A stretch of DNA of 64,000 nt from Eledone cirrhosa (GCA_964016885.1 OZ024745.1:89714001-89778000); one strand, 5' to 3'. Positions 26,440 to 39,496 are shown, numbered from the stretch's first letter. A program made the numbers and translations. Notes: generated by a model not told the origin, from the letters alone.

Positions 26440-26900
26440 AGTGATCGAAATTTGGGCATCTTAAGAATTAAGGAAACCTTGCTCATACGTAGACTCAACC
26501 TGCAAATAAATAATAGATTAGAACTCCGCACACAAACCCACAGGCACCACAAACTAAACATCTCATACAAAAAAAGAAAATTGATTTCGTGAAATACTAT
26601 ATTGGCAATTGATGTCATTCACGAGGAAAGTGAAATAACCATTAAAAAACGCTTGAAAACGACTTAGAAGAATTTAAATCAAAATCAAAAGAGTGGAAAT
26701 TGGAAAGTTATCTACTGAAACTTCCTTAAACCCTGATGAAGGGACTTTTAGGTCCTGAAATATTGGACGGATAAAATAACAACAACGACAACAACAACAA
26801 CGAAAAAACAAAACAAAGATTACCATGTAACTTACTTTTACTTTTCGTTACCTCATCTTACAGTTCATTTTGTATTGTTTAGCCTTTTATCTCTTTCATC
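26440..26900 (+). mobile_element. PLE 3' fragment (GIY-YIG C-terminus + 3' UTR with degenerate HHR at 26728-26770)
   Basis: DRNLGILRIKETLLIRRLNLQINNRLE; CTGATGA-agggac..gtcct-GAAA. Confidence 0.55.
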
Positions 26901-26962
26901 GTTATATATATATATATATATATATAAAGAAGAAATTAAAAGATGGTTAAAAAAGTTCCATA

Positions 26963-27032
26963 TATTTTATTATGCGCATTTCGAAAACAACATCATCCTG
27001 GGACAAAAATTGTGTTCTCATCAGATAAAATA
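26963..27032 (-). ncRNA. Canonical hammerhead ribozyme, pLTR family A
   Basis: tattttat-CTGATGA-gaacacaa..ttgttttc-GAAA-tgcgca-TA-ataaaata. Perfect 8 bp stem I. Confidence 0.88.
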
Positions 27033-27208
27033 AGGTAACATGATATGAGGCCTAAAAACACTTGTGAAAAAATAATAAAATATATGGAACTTTTAAAAAC
27101 ATCTTTTAATTTGTTCTTTATATATACTCCAGTTCTACCAACTGTGGAGCGCTACTTATGTGATATATGCATAGTTTTATTGTTCTACAATATTACTCAC
27201 CTCCCCCC

Positions 27209-27246
<38 letters not shown>

Positions 27247-27296
27247 AATAAAATAAAATAAATAAGTCAAATGTTTAAAATTTGGCTTTGTTTATT

Positions 27297-27351
27297 ACTG
27301 CTATATATATTTCGGTGTCAGCCATCTTTGGCTGTGACCTCTTCAGGCAGT
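27297..27351 (-). ncRNA. Canonical hammerhead ribozyme
   Basis: actgc-CTGAAGA-ggtcacagcca aaga tggctgacacc-GAAA-tatata-TA-gcagt. Confidence 0.88.
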
Positions 27352-28968
27352 CCAAATTAGTGTGGTAGAGACGAGTACACATGTTGTTGAGGTGTTTAAC
27401 TTTGTGAATACTCTGATATGCCCAGTTCCTGGTTGGGTTGTTGTTTCACTTAGGAACTGGAATAATATGAATTTAAACAAAGGAATTTCAGCGTCAGAGG
27501 ACATCTCTCATTGGTCAGTTGTGAGAACATTCCTCAGTCAAACGTCTATAGAAATTCGTTCTGTTGCAAGGCAATCTGTCGTGGTTGTTCTTGTTATTTT
27601 TAAGTACATCTGACATCTACTCTTATGTTGGTAGTGGTGTTGGTGTTAGAGTCAGCTAAAAAAAATGATAAAGTGGAAGAAGGAATAATCAAATGAAATG
27701 TATGTGTGTTATACCCAATCTCAATGTTATAAAAATGTGTAAGATCACTCCTCCCATAGGTCAGTTTTGAGAGCATTCCTCAGTCAAAAGTCTATAGAAA
27801 TTCTTTCTGGGATGAGGTTCCCTGTAGTGTTTGCTTTTGCTATTGTTAAGTACAACTGATCTCTACCCTTATTTTGGTAGTGGTGTTGGTGTTGTGGTCA
27901 GCCTATGTCTTGCTGCTGCTGACATTTAGAAGTATCTGTGTGTGTTTCTTCATCCATCCTGCCACCATCTCTTGTGGTGGTGGTGGTGGGTTGGGGGAGG
28001 GGTCTGCCATGTATATGAAGAAATAGAAGGCAATAAAATGAAGAAAACAGAAAATAAATAATAAATAATAAATAGAAAATAAATGAAAGATTAATGAAAA
28101 ATGAAAAATGAAAAATGAAAAATGAAAAATGAAAAATGAAAAATGAAAAATGAAAAATTAAAATGAAAAGTGGAAAAGAGAAGTGAAGATTCAAATAAAA
28201 TAAAATGTGTGTGTGCTATAACCAATCTCAAGGTCAGAAAGATGTTGGATAAAGTTGTAGGAGGAACAAAATGGTAAAGAATAAAACGAAATAAGATAAT
28301 CAAATAAAATGTGTGTGTCTTATAACCAGGATTGATGAAGAAACACACACAGATACTTCTAAATGTCAGCAGCAGCAAGACATAGGCTGACCCCAACACC
28401 AATACCACTACCAAAATAAGGGTAGAGGTCAGTTGTACTTAACAATACCAAAAACAAACACTACAGGGAACCTCACCCAAGAAAGAATTTCTATAGACTT
28501 TTGACTGAGGAATGCTCTTAAAACTGACCAATGGGAGGAGTGACCTTACAAATGTTTATAACATTGAGATTGGGTATAACGCACACACATTTTATTTGAT
28601 TATTTTATTTGGTTCCTTTACCAGCTTATTCCTTCTACCACTTCATCAATTTTTTTAGCTGACTCTAACAGCAACAGCACTACCAACATAAGAGTAGAGG
28701 TCAGATGTATTTAACAATAACAAGAACAACCACTACAGATTGCCTTGCCTCAGAACGAATTTCTATAGGCTTTTGACTGAGGAATGTTCTCACAACTGAC
28801 CAATGAGAGCTGAAGATGTCCTTTGACGCTGAAATTCCTTTGTTTAAGTTCTTATGATTCCAGTTCCTCAGTGAAACAACAACCCAACCAGGATCTGGGC
28901 ATATCAGAGTATTGACAAAGTTAAACACCTCAACAACATGTGTACTCGTCTCTACCACACTAATTCGG

Positions 28969-29023
28969 ACTGCCTGAAGAGGTCACAGCCAAAGATGGTT
29001 GTCACCGAAATATATATAGCAGT
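28969..29023 (+). ncRNA. Canonical hammerhead ribozyme (inverted partner of 27297)
   Basis: actgc-CTGAAGA-ggtcacagcc..ggttgtcacc-GAAA-tatata-TA-gcagt. Confidence 0.88.
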
Positions 29024-29197
29024 AATAAACGAAGCCAAATTTTAAACATTTGACTTATTTATTTTATTTTATTTTACATTACTCCGGAATAACCAAACCA
29101 ACCTGCGCACTTCGTCGAGTGCTCCAATCTGCATACTGAGGTGTTGGTATACAACCAACATATACTAAAAAAAATATATATATATATAATATATATA

Positions 29198-29388
29198 TTG
29201 GTAAAAGGAAAAGACAATGCTGACAAATTGTTCCCAGTGAAAAATAGTTTAATTAGGAATAAGTAAAAATTAGTAATAAGTATTGGTTAGTATTCAGTTT
29301 TGGTTTTAATTTTTTACCGGTTGCGCATTTCTAATGTTTTTCAAAAATAATTTTGAGATAGAGCGCCCGTGATGTTTGCTCTAATCTG
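29198..29388 (-). mobile_element. Diverged pLTR fragment of the Neptune-type family at 44.8 kb, with the variant HHR
   Basis: Similar to 44875-45072; TTGAAAA..GCAA-ccgg-TA. Confidence 0.75.
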
Positions 29389-29840
29389 TATATATATAGT
29401 TTCCGTTGAAAATAGAAAAAGTCATAGGAGTGATGAGTGCTCTATGTAAGTACCAGAGCAAAATTTAATGTATAAAAAACAATACAAAATAATTACCTCA
29501 TTACCAGAAGTTTCCCGAATAAGACGAATACGTAAAAAACGTCTTCATTCGTTCGTCGGACGAGGCATTATAAAACATAGAGAAATATTTGGAAAGTCTC
29601 CTCAAGAAATGCAAGAAAAATTATATATATATAGATAAAGGTAATACAATAGACATATAAAATATATTTTAAAAATGTTTAAGAGTGTATATACATATAT
29701 ATACACACACCTAACTATATTTCTTAAAAATCTTTTTTATATATTTTATATATCCATTGTATTACCTTTATCTATATATATATAATTTTTCTTGCATTTC
29801 TTGAGGAGACTTTCCAAATATTTCTCTATGTTTTATAATG

Positions 29841-29910
29841 CCTCGTCCGACGAACGAATGAAGACGTTTATTTCGTATTCGTCTTATTCGGGAAACCTCT
29901 GGTAATGAGG
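29841..29910 (+). ncRNA. Hammerhead ribozyme with CCGACGA core (copies at 29496-29565 minus and 33928-33997 plus)
   Basis: cctcgt-CCGACGA-cgaat gaagacg..cgtctt attcg-GAAA-cctctgg-TA-atgagg. Confidence 0.7.
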
Positions 29911-30125
29911 TAATTATTTTGTATTGTTTTTTATACATTAAATTTTGCTCTGGTACTTACATAGAGCACTCTTCACTCCTATGACTTTTTCTATTTTCAA
30001 TGGAAACTTCAATACTCCCAAGGGAATGATCGCAGCATATTCTACATTTTTATGAGATTGGCACCTTCCAGCCCTTTTAAAGTCGAGCACTCTTCAGTCA
30101 ATAGGATTTTAAACCAATACTGAAC

Positions 30126-32280
30126 ATGGATAAATACCCTTTGGATTACTCTATCAAGAATATCCCAACACCTTCTTACACTTTCTACACGAAAATGCTG
30201 ATAGACAAAGTAGAGAAGGTTGTTAAAAGAATGAGATGAAAAGCTTTGATTCTCGATGGACACTTTAACACAGATTCTACGGAATATTTTGACATCAAAA
30301 CACATAAATACCCGCAAAGAGTAAAAGATATGACCGCTTTTGAACTAGACCTAGTTAACCTAATCAACAATATCAATTTTCGTAAGTACTCTAACCTTTT
30401 TCAATCTAAACTATCTAATGATATTTCAACATTCAAATCTTCTAATAATAAGTTCATTTTCTCCGACAAAACTAAAAAACTATATGAAGTTAATAATAAT
30501 TTACACGACCAACTATTAATAGATAATATCACCTCTAGCTAATATAAACACGTATCATAATATAAATAGCTAATATAAACACGTATCATAATATAAATAA
30601 GGAAGCTAAAGAATTAGCTGTTTCTTTAAAAATAGATAATAGGACAGAAAAACTTGCTAAACGTAATACATATATCACCCTTAAAGATCACAAACCTGAC
30701 TTTATTAATCGTCCTAGTTGTAGATTAATCAACCCTGCTAAGACTGATATTGGTCTTGCCAGCAAAAAAATTTTAAATAATATAAATACACATATTAGAA
30801 GTAAGTCTAAATTACTCCAATGGATAAATAGCTCTTCCGTAGTACATTGGTTTAATAAAATTAAAAACAAAACTAGTTCTAGATTCACCCAATTTGACAT
30901 TGTAGATTTCTACCCATCTATCAATCAGACTCTTTTAGCGAAAGCTTTAAATTTCGCTAGAAAGTTTACCAATATCTCCGATATTGAAGAGAATGTTATC
31001 TTGCACGCTAGAAACACTCTACTCTTTACTGATAATGACACTTGGGTAAAAATATCTAACCCAGAGAGCCCATTCGCTGTATCAATGGGCTCTTATGACA
31101 GTGCTGATGTTTGTGATTTAGTCGGCCTATTCCTCCTACACACACTTAAAGAAAAATTCCCTAACCATATTTTTGGGCTTTATCGCGACGATGGTCTAAT
31201 ACTTTCCCATACTACCATAGGCCATAACTTAGATAGATTAAGGAAAGACTTAATAAAAACCTTTGCTAGTTTTAATCTTAAAATTACTATTGACACTAAC
31301 CTTTCCAATGTAAATTTCCTAGATATAAACCTAGATTTGCCTACTGCTTCTTATAAACCATACCATAAACCTAATGAAAATTTAAAATATATAAATAAAG
31401 GCTCTTGCCATCCTCCTATAGTTTTTAAAAACCTTATCCCTAATATTAGTAGCCGTAGGATCTCCACCCTCTCTTCCTCAGAAGCTATTTTCAATAAGGC
31501 ATCCCCCTACTATAATAAAGCCCTCCAAAATAGCGGTTTTAGCGAACCGATTAAATACATATCCAACTATGCTAACTTTATTAAACATAAAAACAGGAAA
31601 AGAAAAATAATCTGGTTCACACACCCCTACTCTCTAGCAGTTAAAACTAATGTAGGCAAAAAATTCATAGAACTCTTAGATAAACATTTCCCTAGAACAC
31701 ATAGATACTATAAGATCTTTAATAGAAACTGTGTCAAAATTAGCTACTCCTGCGGTCCCCCTATTAAATCTTATATAATCAACAAAAAATCACCTAGAGA
31801 ACATCAACATTGCTCCTGTAGAATCAAAAGTGAATGCCCATTACAAGGTAAATGCGACACCAAAGCCATTGTATATGCGGCTAAAGTGACAACCATCAGC
31901 AACAACCAACCAGCCACCAGTGAACGATATGTGGGTATGACGCAAGACAAATTCAAAACGCGTTATTACTCACATGTCGCATCCTTTCGACATCCAGAAA
32001 AAGATTTACAACAGCTAGCAGAATATGGGATTTGAAAGACCAAGGTATCCAATATAAATTGGATTGGTCAATTTTGAACCAATCTAAAGAATATGCAAGA
32101 GGAACAAGAAAATGCACGCTCTGCATAAATGAAAAATATTGGATTTTGCAAAACCTTAAATCACCAAACACCTGCCTAAACACAAAGACAGCAATTTTCA
32201 CCAGTTGCCCACACATGAAATCACACCTGCTTTCCAGCTCATATAAACTTAACACACTTTCAGATACTTATCCTCCATAA
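30126..32280 (+). pseudogene. Naiad-type RT + GIY-YIG endonuclease
   Basis: YSIKNIP, KRMR*KA, SDKT, TLKDHK, RLINPAK, QFDIVDFYPSI, MGSYDSA, GLYRDDGL, CSCR....CPLQGKC, IVY..YVG, CTLCINEK, CPH. Lesions: TGA at 30237-30239, 31 bp duplication at 30536-30597, frameshift near 32000. Confidence 0.92.
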
Positions 32281-32340
32281 GCTTATCCTCCATATTCTTC
32301 ACTTAAATTATTCTCTTTAAGACTAACTTTTCTGATTTAC

Positions 32341-32716
32341 TTTCATTTTTATTTTTATTTTTATTTTTATTTTTATTTTTATTTTTATTTTTATTTTTAT
32401 TTTTATTTTTATTTTTATTTTCATTTTCATTTTCATTTTCATTTTCATTTTCATTTTCATTTTTATTTTTATTTTCATTTTCATTTTCATTTTCATTTTT
32501 ATTTTTATTTTTATTTTTATTTTTATTTTTATTTTTATTTTTATTTTTATTTTTATTTTTATTTTTATTTTTATTTTTATTTTTATTTTTATTTTTATTT
32601 TTATTTTTATTTTTATTTTTATTTTTATTTTTATTTTTATTTTTATTTTTATTTTTATTTTTATTTTTATTTTTATTTTTATTTTTATTTTTATTTTTAT
32701 TTTTATTTTTATTTTT
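32341..32716. repeat. (TTTTTA/TTTTCA)n hexamer array in the PLE 3' UTR
   Basis: Direct reading. Confidence 0.95.
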
Positions 32717-33182
32717 ACTTCACATCCACCACTAACCCCCCCCCCCTTTATTCCCCGATTCACTTACCTAATATCTTCACTTTCCACCTTTTACTTCCCT
32801 ATTTTCTTCACTACCTGATTAGACGAGTCACTTGCGTTTTCAACTCCAGATATTTTCTGTTATTTCGCAGCCAATTTTATATTTTTATATTTGTACTCAC
32901 TTATTCACAAGGCTGTTTTTACACCCTGTATCTATGTGTCTGAGCGTCTTTATGTGTGTATACTTTCTGTATATGTACACGAACGCCTCCGTATGTGCGC
33001 GCGCGTGCGTGTATATATATGTGTGTATGTATGTGTGTTTTTATATCTGTGTTTTTACATCTATGTTTTTTTACATTCTTATTTTTATGTGTGTGCATGT
33101 TAGCGGGTCAACGTGTCATAGTGTATGTATGTGTGTGTGTGTGCGTGTGTACGTACTGCATGTATGGATGTGTATGTGTGCG

Positions 33183-33221
<39 letters not shown>

Positions 33222-34084
33222 GTGTGTATGTGTGTGTGTGTATACAGTCGCGTACATACGCGTAATTAGATATACATGGGGCGATATGTATGTAAATATA
33301 TATGTGCATCCTGTGTGTGTATTTACGCTTGCATACGCTTTTGTCTGCACGTATTGCGTGTATATATATATATTTTATAGATATATGTTTCTTTTAGATA
33401 TACGTGTGTATGTACGCGTGTAACTTGTTTGTTTTCTTTTCTTTACTTTGCAATTTTTTTTTCTAAATTATTGTTCCATTTTTATAAATATATCAAGAAT
33501 GATACTTTCTTTTTACTATTACACTCCCTTACCTCTTTATCTTCCACATATAAGTGTACGCGTGTGTGTGTGTGTTTATACGCGTGCCTTCATATTCTTA
33601 TAATGTATCTAATACCCTGTTTTTCTGTATACCTGTCAACCTGACACTCATATCATGTCTGTGTCTATGGTTACATATACACAGATATACTTGCCCTCAT
33701 ACATATATTTACGCACACATTTTCACTATACACACACATTTGTACATACATACATATGTATATCTGTGAGTGTATATACATATATATACACACACCTAAC
33801 TATATTTCTTAAAAAATTGTTTTATATATTTTATATGTCTATTGTATTACCTTTATCTATATATATATATAATTTTTCTTGCATTTCTTGAGGAGACTTT
33901 CCAAATATTTCTCTATGTTTTATAATGCCTCGTCCAACGAACGAATGAAGACGTTTCTTTCGTATTCGTCTTATTCGGGAAACCTCTGGTAATGAGGTAA
34001 TTATTTTGTATTGTTTTTTATACATTATATATATATATATATACATTTAGAGTGTATTAATATGGCAAATCATTCGTAGGTTCT

Positions 34085-34182
34085 TAATTTATAGAGAACT
34101 TAATTATGTCAATATCATAACGTAAGGAATATTACAAAATAATTAATGAATTACAGGCGTATGTATATATATATACACGCAC

Positions 34183-34248
<66 letters not shown>

Positions 34249-34318
34249 GTAATTCATTAATTGTTTTGTAATATTCTTTACATTATGACATCAACATAAT
34301 TAAGTTCTCTAAAAATTA
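34085..34318. repeat. Inverted repeat, ~75 bp arms around a (CA)n loop
   Basis: agagaacttaattatg..attaatgaattacagg versus cctgtaattcattaat..cataattaagttctct. Confidence 0.75.
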
Positions 34319-34909
34319 AAATCTATTAATAACTAACTATATTGATAAACTGTAAGTGTATAACCATTTAGGCTTCAGTAATGCTTTTTAAAATTATATA
34401 GAACACTCTCAACTTAACATTACAAAATTCTGAATAAAGTAATTAAAGTTTAATTGTTTAGTTTATTTAAAAGATAGTTATTAATACGTAATAGTTGATT
34501 AAATATCTACCATATTTCCTCAGCGATTAATATAACTAGCATTATTCCATATATTGTTTATAGTACTTTATTCTTATTATATTCATTATAGATTCATGGA
34601 AATCATATCAAATTATGTTTTTACTTTTTATATAATATACATTAATCGTTATCTATTGTATAGACGATTTGACGCTAACGTGTGTGTGTGTGTGTGTGCG
34701 ATATTTTCTTTCTGGTGACAGATACAATCTAAAACGTTTTTATCTATTTTCCAGGGTATTTGACTTCTGATGAAGAGATTAAATATCTAAAATTAAGGTT
34801 GTATTTATATTTTTAAAAAAACGTTTAAAAGAACAGCTTTGTTACCTTCTTTTATCTTAAATCGGAGCACACCTTTTGCATTGTCGCAGCCTTCGAATTA
34901 CATACCTTC

Positions 34910-34942
<33 letters not shown>

Positions 34943-35350
34943 AGAATTATATATATATATTATTTTTTATTATTGGTGTTATTGTTTTCATTTACTTTAT
35001 TCTCCGATGTATCTATAAATGCCAATCCCTTGTGTTACACCGTTCAGTATTCCGATGATTTGATGAGAGACAGATACTGTAAATTAAGGTCCAGTGATGC
35101 AATTTTTAGCAATTAGCGTCTTTTAGGCTCACCTGATCAATAAACAATTGTTAATACTATAAATAAATCCTTTTTGTACAGCCGACCATGTCATTCTTCC
35201 CTCTTTCACTATTATTCCTCCAAGAACCACCTACATGGGAATTCTCGTAAACTCGCCACCTACTAAGGAAACTTCTTGTTGAGTCAAACAACGCCGTACA
35301 TTAAAACTATCCATAGTAACTGGATTACCTTAAACGATAACTTGTTATCC

Positions 35351-35382
<32 letters not shown>

Positions 35383-35535
35383 TATATTGTTATGCTTTGG
35401 GAGGGTCATGTTGCCAATAAGAAACACACGCACCAGTTTGTTTCACTCCAATTTATTATAAATTAAATTTATAAATTTAAGAATTTATAAATTTCTTGTT
35501 GGTTGGTTCCACAACCAGACGATTGTTCATATATT

Positions 35536-35578
35536 GTCAAAGTTCTTTCGTCACACATTCTGTGACCTCTTCAGTGAC
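35536..35578 (-). ncRNA. Minimal hammerhead ribozyme at the end of an ORF-less pLTR-like tract (35420-36310)
   Basis: gtca-CTGAAGA-ggtcaca gaatg tgtgac-GAAA-gaac-TT-tgac. Confidence 0.72.
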
Positions 35579-36295
35579 TGGGGATTATTTTCTTTGTTTT
35601 AGTGCCTCTCCTTTGTTCTGTCCTACGCCATCTTGTTTTTGCAAAAAACAAAAAATATACTAAGTCAAAATCAAAATAAACACAAAAAGGAGACGTGTTG
35701 ACAACGATAAGTATTAGTGTGTGGAGGGAGTGGGGGAATAAAAACAACTTAAAAATAAACAAATACACGAGATCTGATATACATAAATATATATATAAAT
35801 AAATATACACATGCATACACACGCACACACACACATACATACATAGATAATCATACACACGTATAAAAACACAGACACATGCATGTGTATATATACACAA
35901 AAATATAAAATAAACATACGTAAACAAACAAACACATGCGTGCAAAAATACATATACACATACACAACCACGTGCATACACACGTATATATAATCATGCG
36001 TACAACCATATTACACACAAATCCGCATACATACACAGAAAAGTCTACAATAAAGAGAATTGGTTCATAACATACGTACATACGTATACAAATGTATGTG
36101 TGCACGCACGTAATAAGATATCAACACACGCATACAAAAAACCCCTACGTAAATCTATACACACATAAAAACCCATATATACAAAAGCATATATACAGCC
36201 GCATACACACACATATACGTAAACGCATACATATAACCATATATAAATATAATATAAACATATACAAACACACACAAATATAAATATACACAAAT

Positions 36296-36357
<62 letters not shown>

Positions 36358-36367
36358 ATACTTTGGG

Positions 36368-37351
36368 AGGGGCACAAAGAAATGTTCTTTGTGCACTACG
36401 GAAAAATTTAGAATTCTCCAAAACTTGAAAGCCCCTTCCACTTGCCTCAACTCTAAGACCGAGATCTTCAGATATCCGCATCTGAAATCGCATCTACATT
36501 TTAACTGGATTAACATTCCTACGATTAGTCAACCACCTTGAGCTTCTTCTTTACTCATCACGCCTTCCACCCACCACGAATAAATATATATATATATATA
36601 TAAGAATTATATATACCTTATGAACTCTCTACCCATATATACTTTTTCTCCCTCATCTCCTTCTATATATTTTTATGATTTTATTTTTATTTTTATCATT
36701 TTTTTCAATTGACTTATAATCCCCCATACTTTCTACCTTACCTTTTACACATACACACCTACCACCTTTATCCTTTACTCAGTTCACTTTTTAACCAGAT
36801 ACTCTTATCTAGATCTCATCACAAAGCTTTTACAACACTTATTTCCCTTACCTGTTCTTAATAATTGTGTTAATTATTTTATTTCAATTTTACTCCCCTT
36901 TTGTCCTTACTTACCCACTAGGTTTTAATGTACACATATAGGGTTGTGTGCGGGCGCATATGCAGACAGGCTTATGTGTACATACATTTATAGTATTTTG
37001 ATTATTTAATTGTATGTGTGTGTGTATGTGTGTGTGTGTGTGTGTGTGTATGTGTGCGTATATATATATATATATGTGTGTGAAGGCGTGTGGCTAAGTG
37101 GTTATAGAATTGGATTCCCAATCGTGAGGTTGTGAGTTCGATTCCCGGACCAGGCGATGCGTTATGTCCTTGAGCAAGACACTTTATTTCACGTTGTTCC
37201 TTCTACCTGGAGTTGCGAACGATAGATAGTATTAGCAATTGGAAAGACCAATGGAAACATTGTTTCCTCGGTCCGATATGACGAAAGTCGATCGATCCTT
37301 TATATATCTATATATATATATATATTTATATACATATATATATATATATAC

Positions 37352-37394
<43 letters not shown>

Positions 37395-37642
37395 CACACA
37401 TATACACATATATACATATATATAAAGGAACGATCGACTTTCGTCATATCGGACCGAGGAAACAATGTTTCCATTGGTCTTTCCAATTGCTAATACTATC
37501 TATCGTTCGCAACTCCAGGTAGAAGGAACAACGTGAAATAAAGTGTCTTGCTCAAGGACATAACGCATCGCCTGGTCCGGGAATCGAACTCACAACCTCA
37601 CGATTGGGAATCCAATTCTATAACCACTTAGCCACACGCCTT

Positions 37643-37679
<37 letters not shown>

Positions 37680-38336
37680 GCACACATACACACACACACA
37701 CACATACACACACACATACAATTAAATAATCAAAATACTATAAATGTATGTACACATAAGCCTGTCTGCATATGCGCCCGCACACAACCCTATATGTGTA
37801 CATTAAAACCTAGTGGGTAATTAAGGACAAAAGGGGAGTAAAATTGAAATAAAATAATTAACACAATTATTAAGAACAGGTAAGGGAAATAAGTGTTGTA
37901 AAAGCTTTGTGATGAGATCTAGATAAGAGTATCTGGTTAAAAAGTGAACTGAGTAAAGGATAAAGGTGGTAGGTGTGTATGTGTAAAAGGTAAGGTAGAA
38001 AGTATGGGGGATTATAAGTCAATTGAAAAAAATGATAAAAATAAAAATAAAATCATAAAAATATATAGAAGGAGATGAGGGAGAAAAAGTATATATGGGT
38101 AGAAAGTTCATAAGGTAATAATATTCGTGGTGGGTGGAAGGCGTGATGAGTAAAGAAGAAGCTCAAGGTGGTTGACTAATCGTAGGAACGTTAATCCAGT
38201 TAAAATATAGATGCGATTTCAGATGCGGATATCTGAAGATCTCGGTCTTAGAGTTGAGGCAAGTGGAAGGGGCTTTCAAGTTTTGGAGAATTCTAAATTT
38301 TTCCGTAGTGCACAAAGAACATTTCTTTGTGCCCCT
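36368..38336. repeat. ~2 kb near-perfect palindrome (Naiad 3' end + UTR + SINE piece) with a TA-rich centre
   Basis: 36368-37301 is the reverse complement of 37424-38336 with few differences. Both arms encode GTKKCSLCTTEK..LNSKTEIF. Confidence 0.92.
37083..37200 (+). mobile_element. tRNA-derived SINE 5' half (mirrored at ~37525-37643 minus)
   Basis: TGGCTAAGTGG A box, GAGTTCGATTC B box, tccttgagcaagacact. Confidence 0.78.
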
Positions 38337-38407
38337 TTGGTATTCTCTTGAATGGTCTAAAATAGACCAATCAATAGTGTACGGAATATTTTGTCTTTGA
38401 ACACCCA

Positions 38408-39075
38408 CTTCTTTGACATTAAATCCCGCAAATACCCACCTAGAGTTAAAGACATGGCCAACTTCGAAATAGATCTAGTTAACTTAATTAGTGAAATTAA
38501 ATACCGTAAGTACAACAATAATTTTCAATCAAAACTCTCTAACGATATTTCTAATTTTAAACACTCTACAAACACTTTCGTTTTTTCTGATAAAACTAAA
38601 ATCTTTTTGAAGTAAATAATATTTCGTATAACCAAATTACGGCCAAATATCAATACCTTCAATACCATTAATAATGAAGCTAAAGACCTAGCTTGTATTT
38701 TTAAAATAGATAACCGGATTGAAAGCCTAGCTAAACGTAAAGAATATATTACCCTTAAAAAACAGAAATCAGACTTTACTAATCGACCTAGCTGTAAACT
38801 AATTAACCCTGCTAAATCTGAAGTTGGCCTTGCGAGTAAAAAAATCTTTAAAAAAATAATACTTCAAATAAGAACTATGGCTGACTTATGACAATGTTAT
38901 TTCTTGTTTTAATAATATACAAGGAAAAAATAAGTGTAGATTTACCCAATTTGATATTGTTGATTTTTACCCCTCTATCACTGAATCTTTATTAACAAAA
39001 GCCTTAGATTTTGCAAGACCTTTCATTAATATTTCTAAATTAGAAGAAGACGTTATCTTTCATGCTAGGAAAACA
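38408..39075 (+). pseudogene. Naiad-type RT N-terminal half fragment
   Basis: FFDIKSRKYPPRVKDMANFEIDL, SDKTK, LINPAKS, QFDIVDFYPSI, HARK; homologous to 30290-31015. Confidence 0.85.
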
Positions 39076-39496
39076 TTAGTTCGATGATTAATAAGAATCA
39101 ATCAAATACAACAACTCTCGCCAACAAAATCTGGCAACTCAGGAATGCAAGCATTGAATACGAGATCAGTTGGACAATATTGTCAGAAGCAAAGGCCTAT
39201 GAAACTGGTATGTCCCATTGCAGGCTCTGTAATATGGAGCTTTTCCAAATTCTCAATTTCAGAAAAACCCTTCTTAACAGTAGAATTGAACGAACTATTT
39301 TTTGCCGGCAGAAATCAGCAACGAAATTCGAGAACTTCAGACCAACTTAATATCATTTTCTATGCCTTATCCCTTTTATACCATTAGAATCTATTACGAT
39401 ATCACATTATCAGCACCATTGTCACCTTTATAATTACCAAAAGACAACTTCAGAACCTTTTGTATTTGTATTTGTATTTGTATTTACATTATTATT

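Larger units (their letters stand above)
27250..29165. mobile_element. ORF-less head-to-head inverted pLTR pair (non-autonomous PLE / retrozyme-like)
   Basis: 27250-27955 is the reverse complement of 28330-29072. Internal ~150 bp repeats, (AAAATG)n in the spacer, and one HHR per arm. Confidence 0.75.
29399..34026 (+). mobile_element. Naiad-type Penelope-like element, full length: inverted pLTR + pLTR + ORF + 3' pLTR
   Basis: Inverted pLTR 29399-29675, direct pLTRs 29700-30008 and 33785-34026, each with an HHR-like motif. Confidence 0.88.

Noticed and set aside
30237-30239. In-frame TGA as selenocysteine (some Naiads encode selenoproteins)
   Set aside because: It replaces the conserved Trp of MRWKA, not a Cys. 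The Zn-binding Cys codons are normal and no SECIS was recognised.
34765-34800. CTGATGA-agagat..atct-AAAA possible hammerhead
   Set aside because: G12 is missing and stems I and III are unconvincing; at best a decayed remnant.
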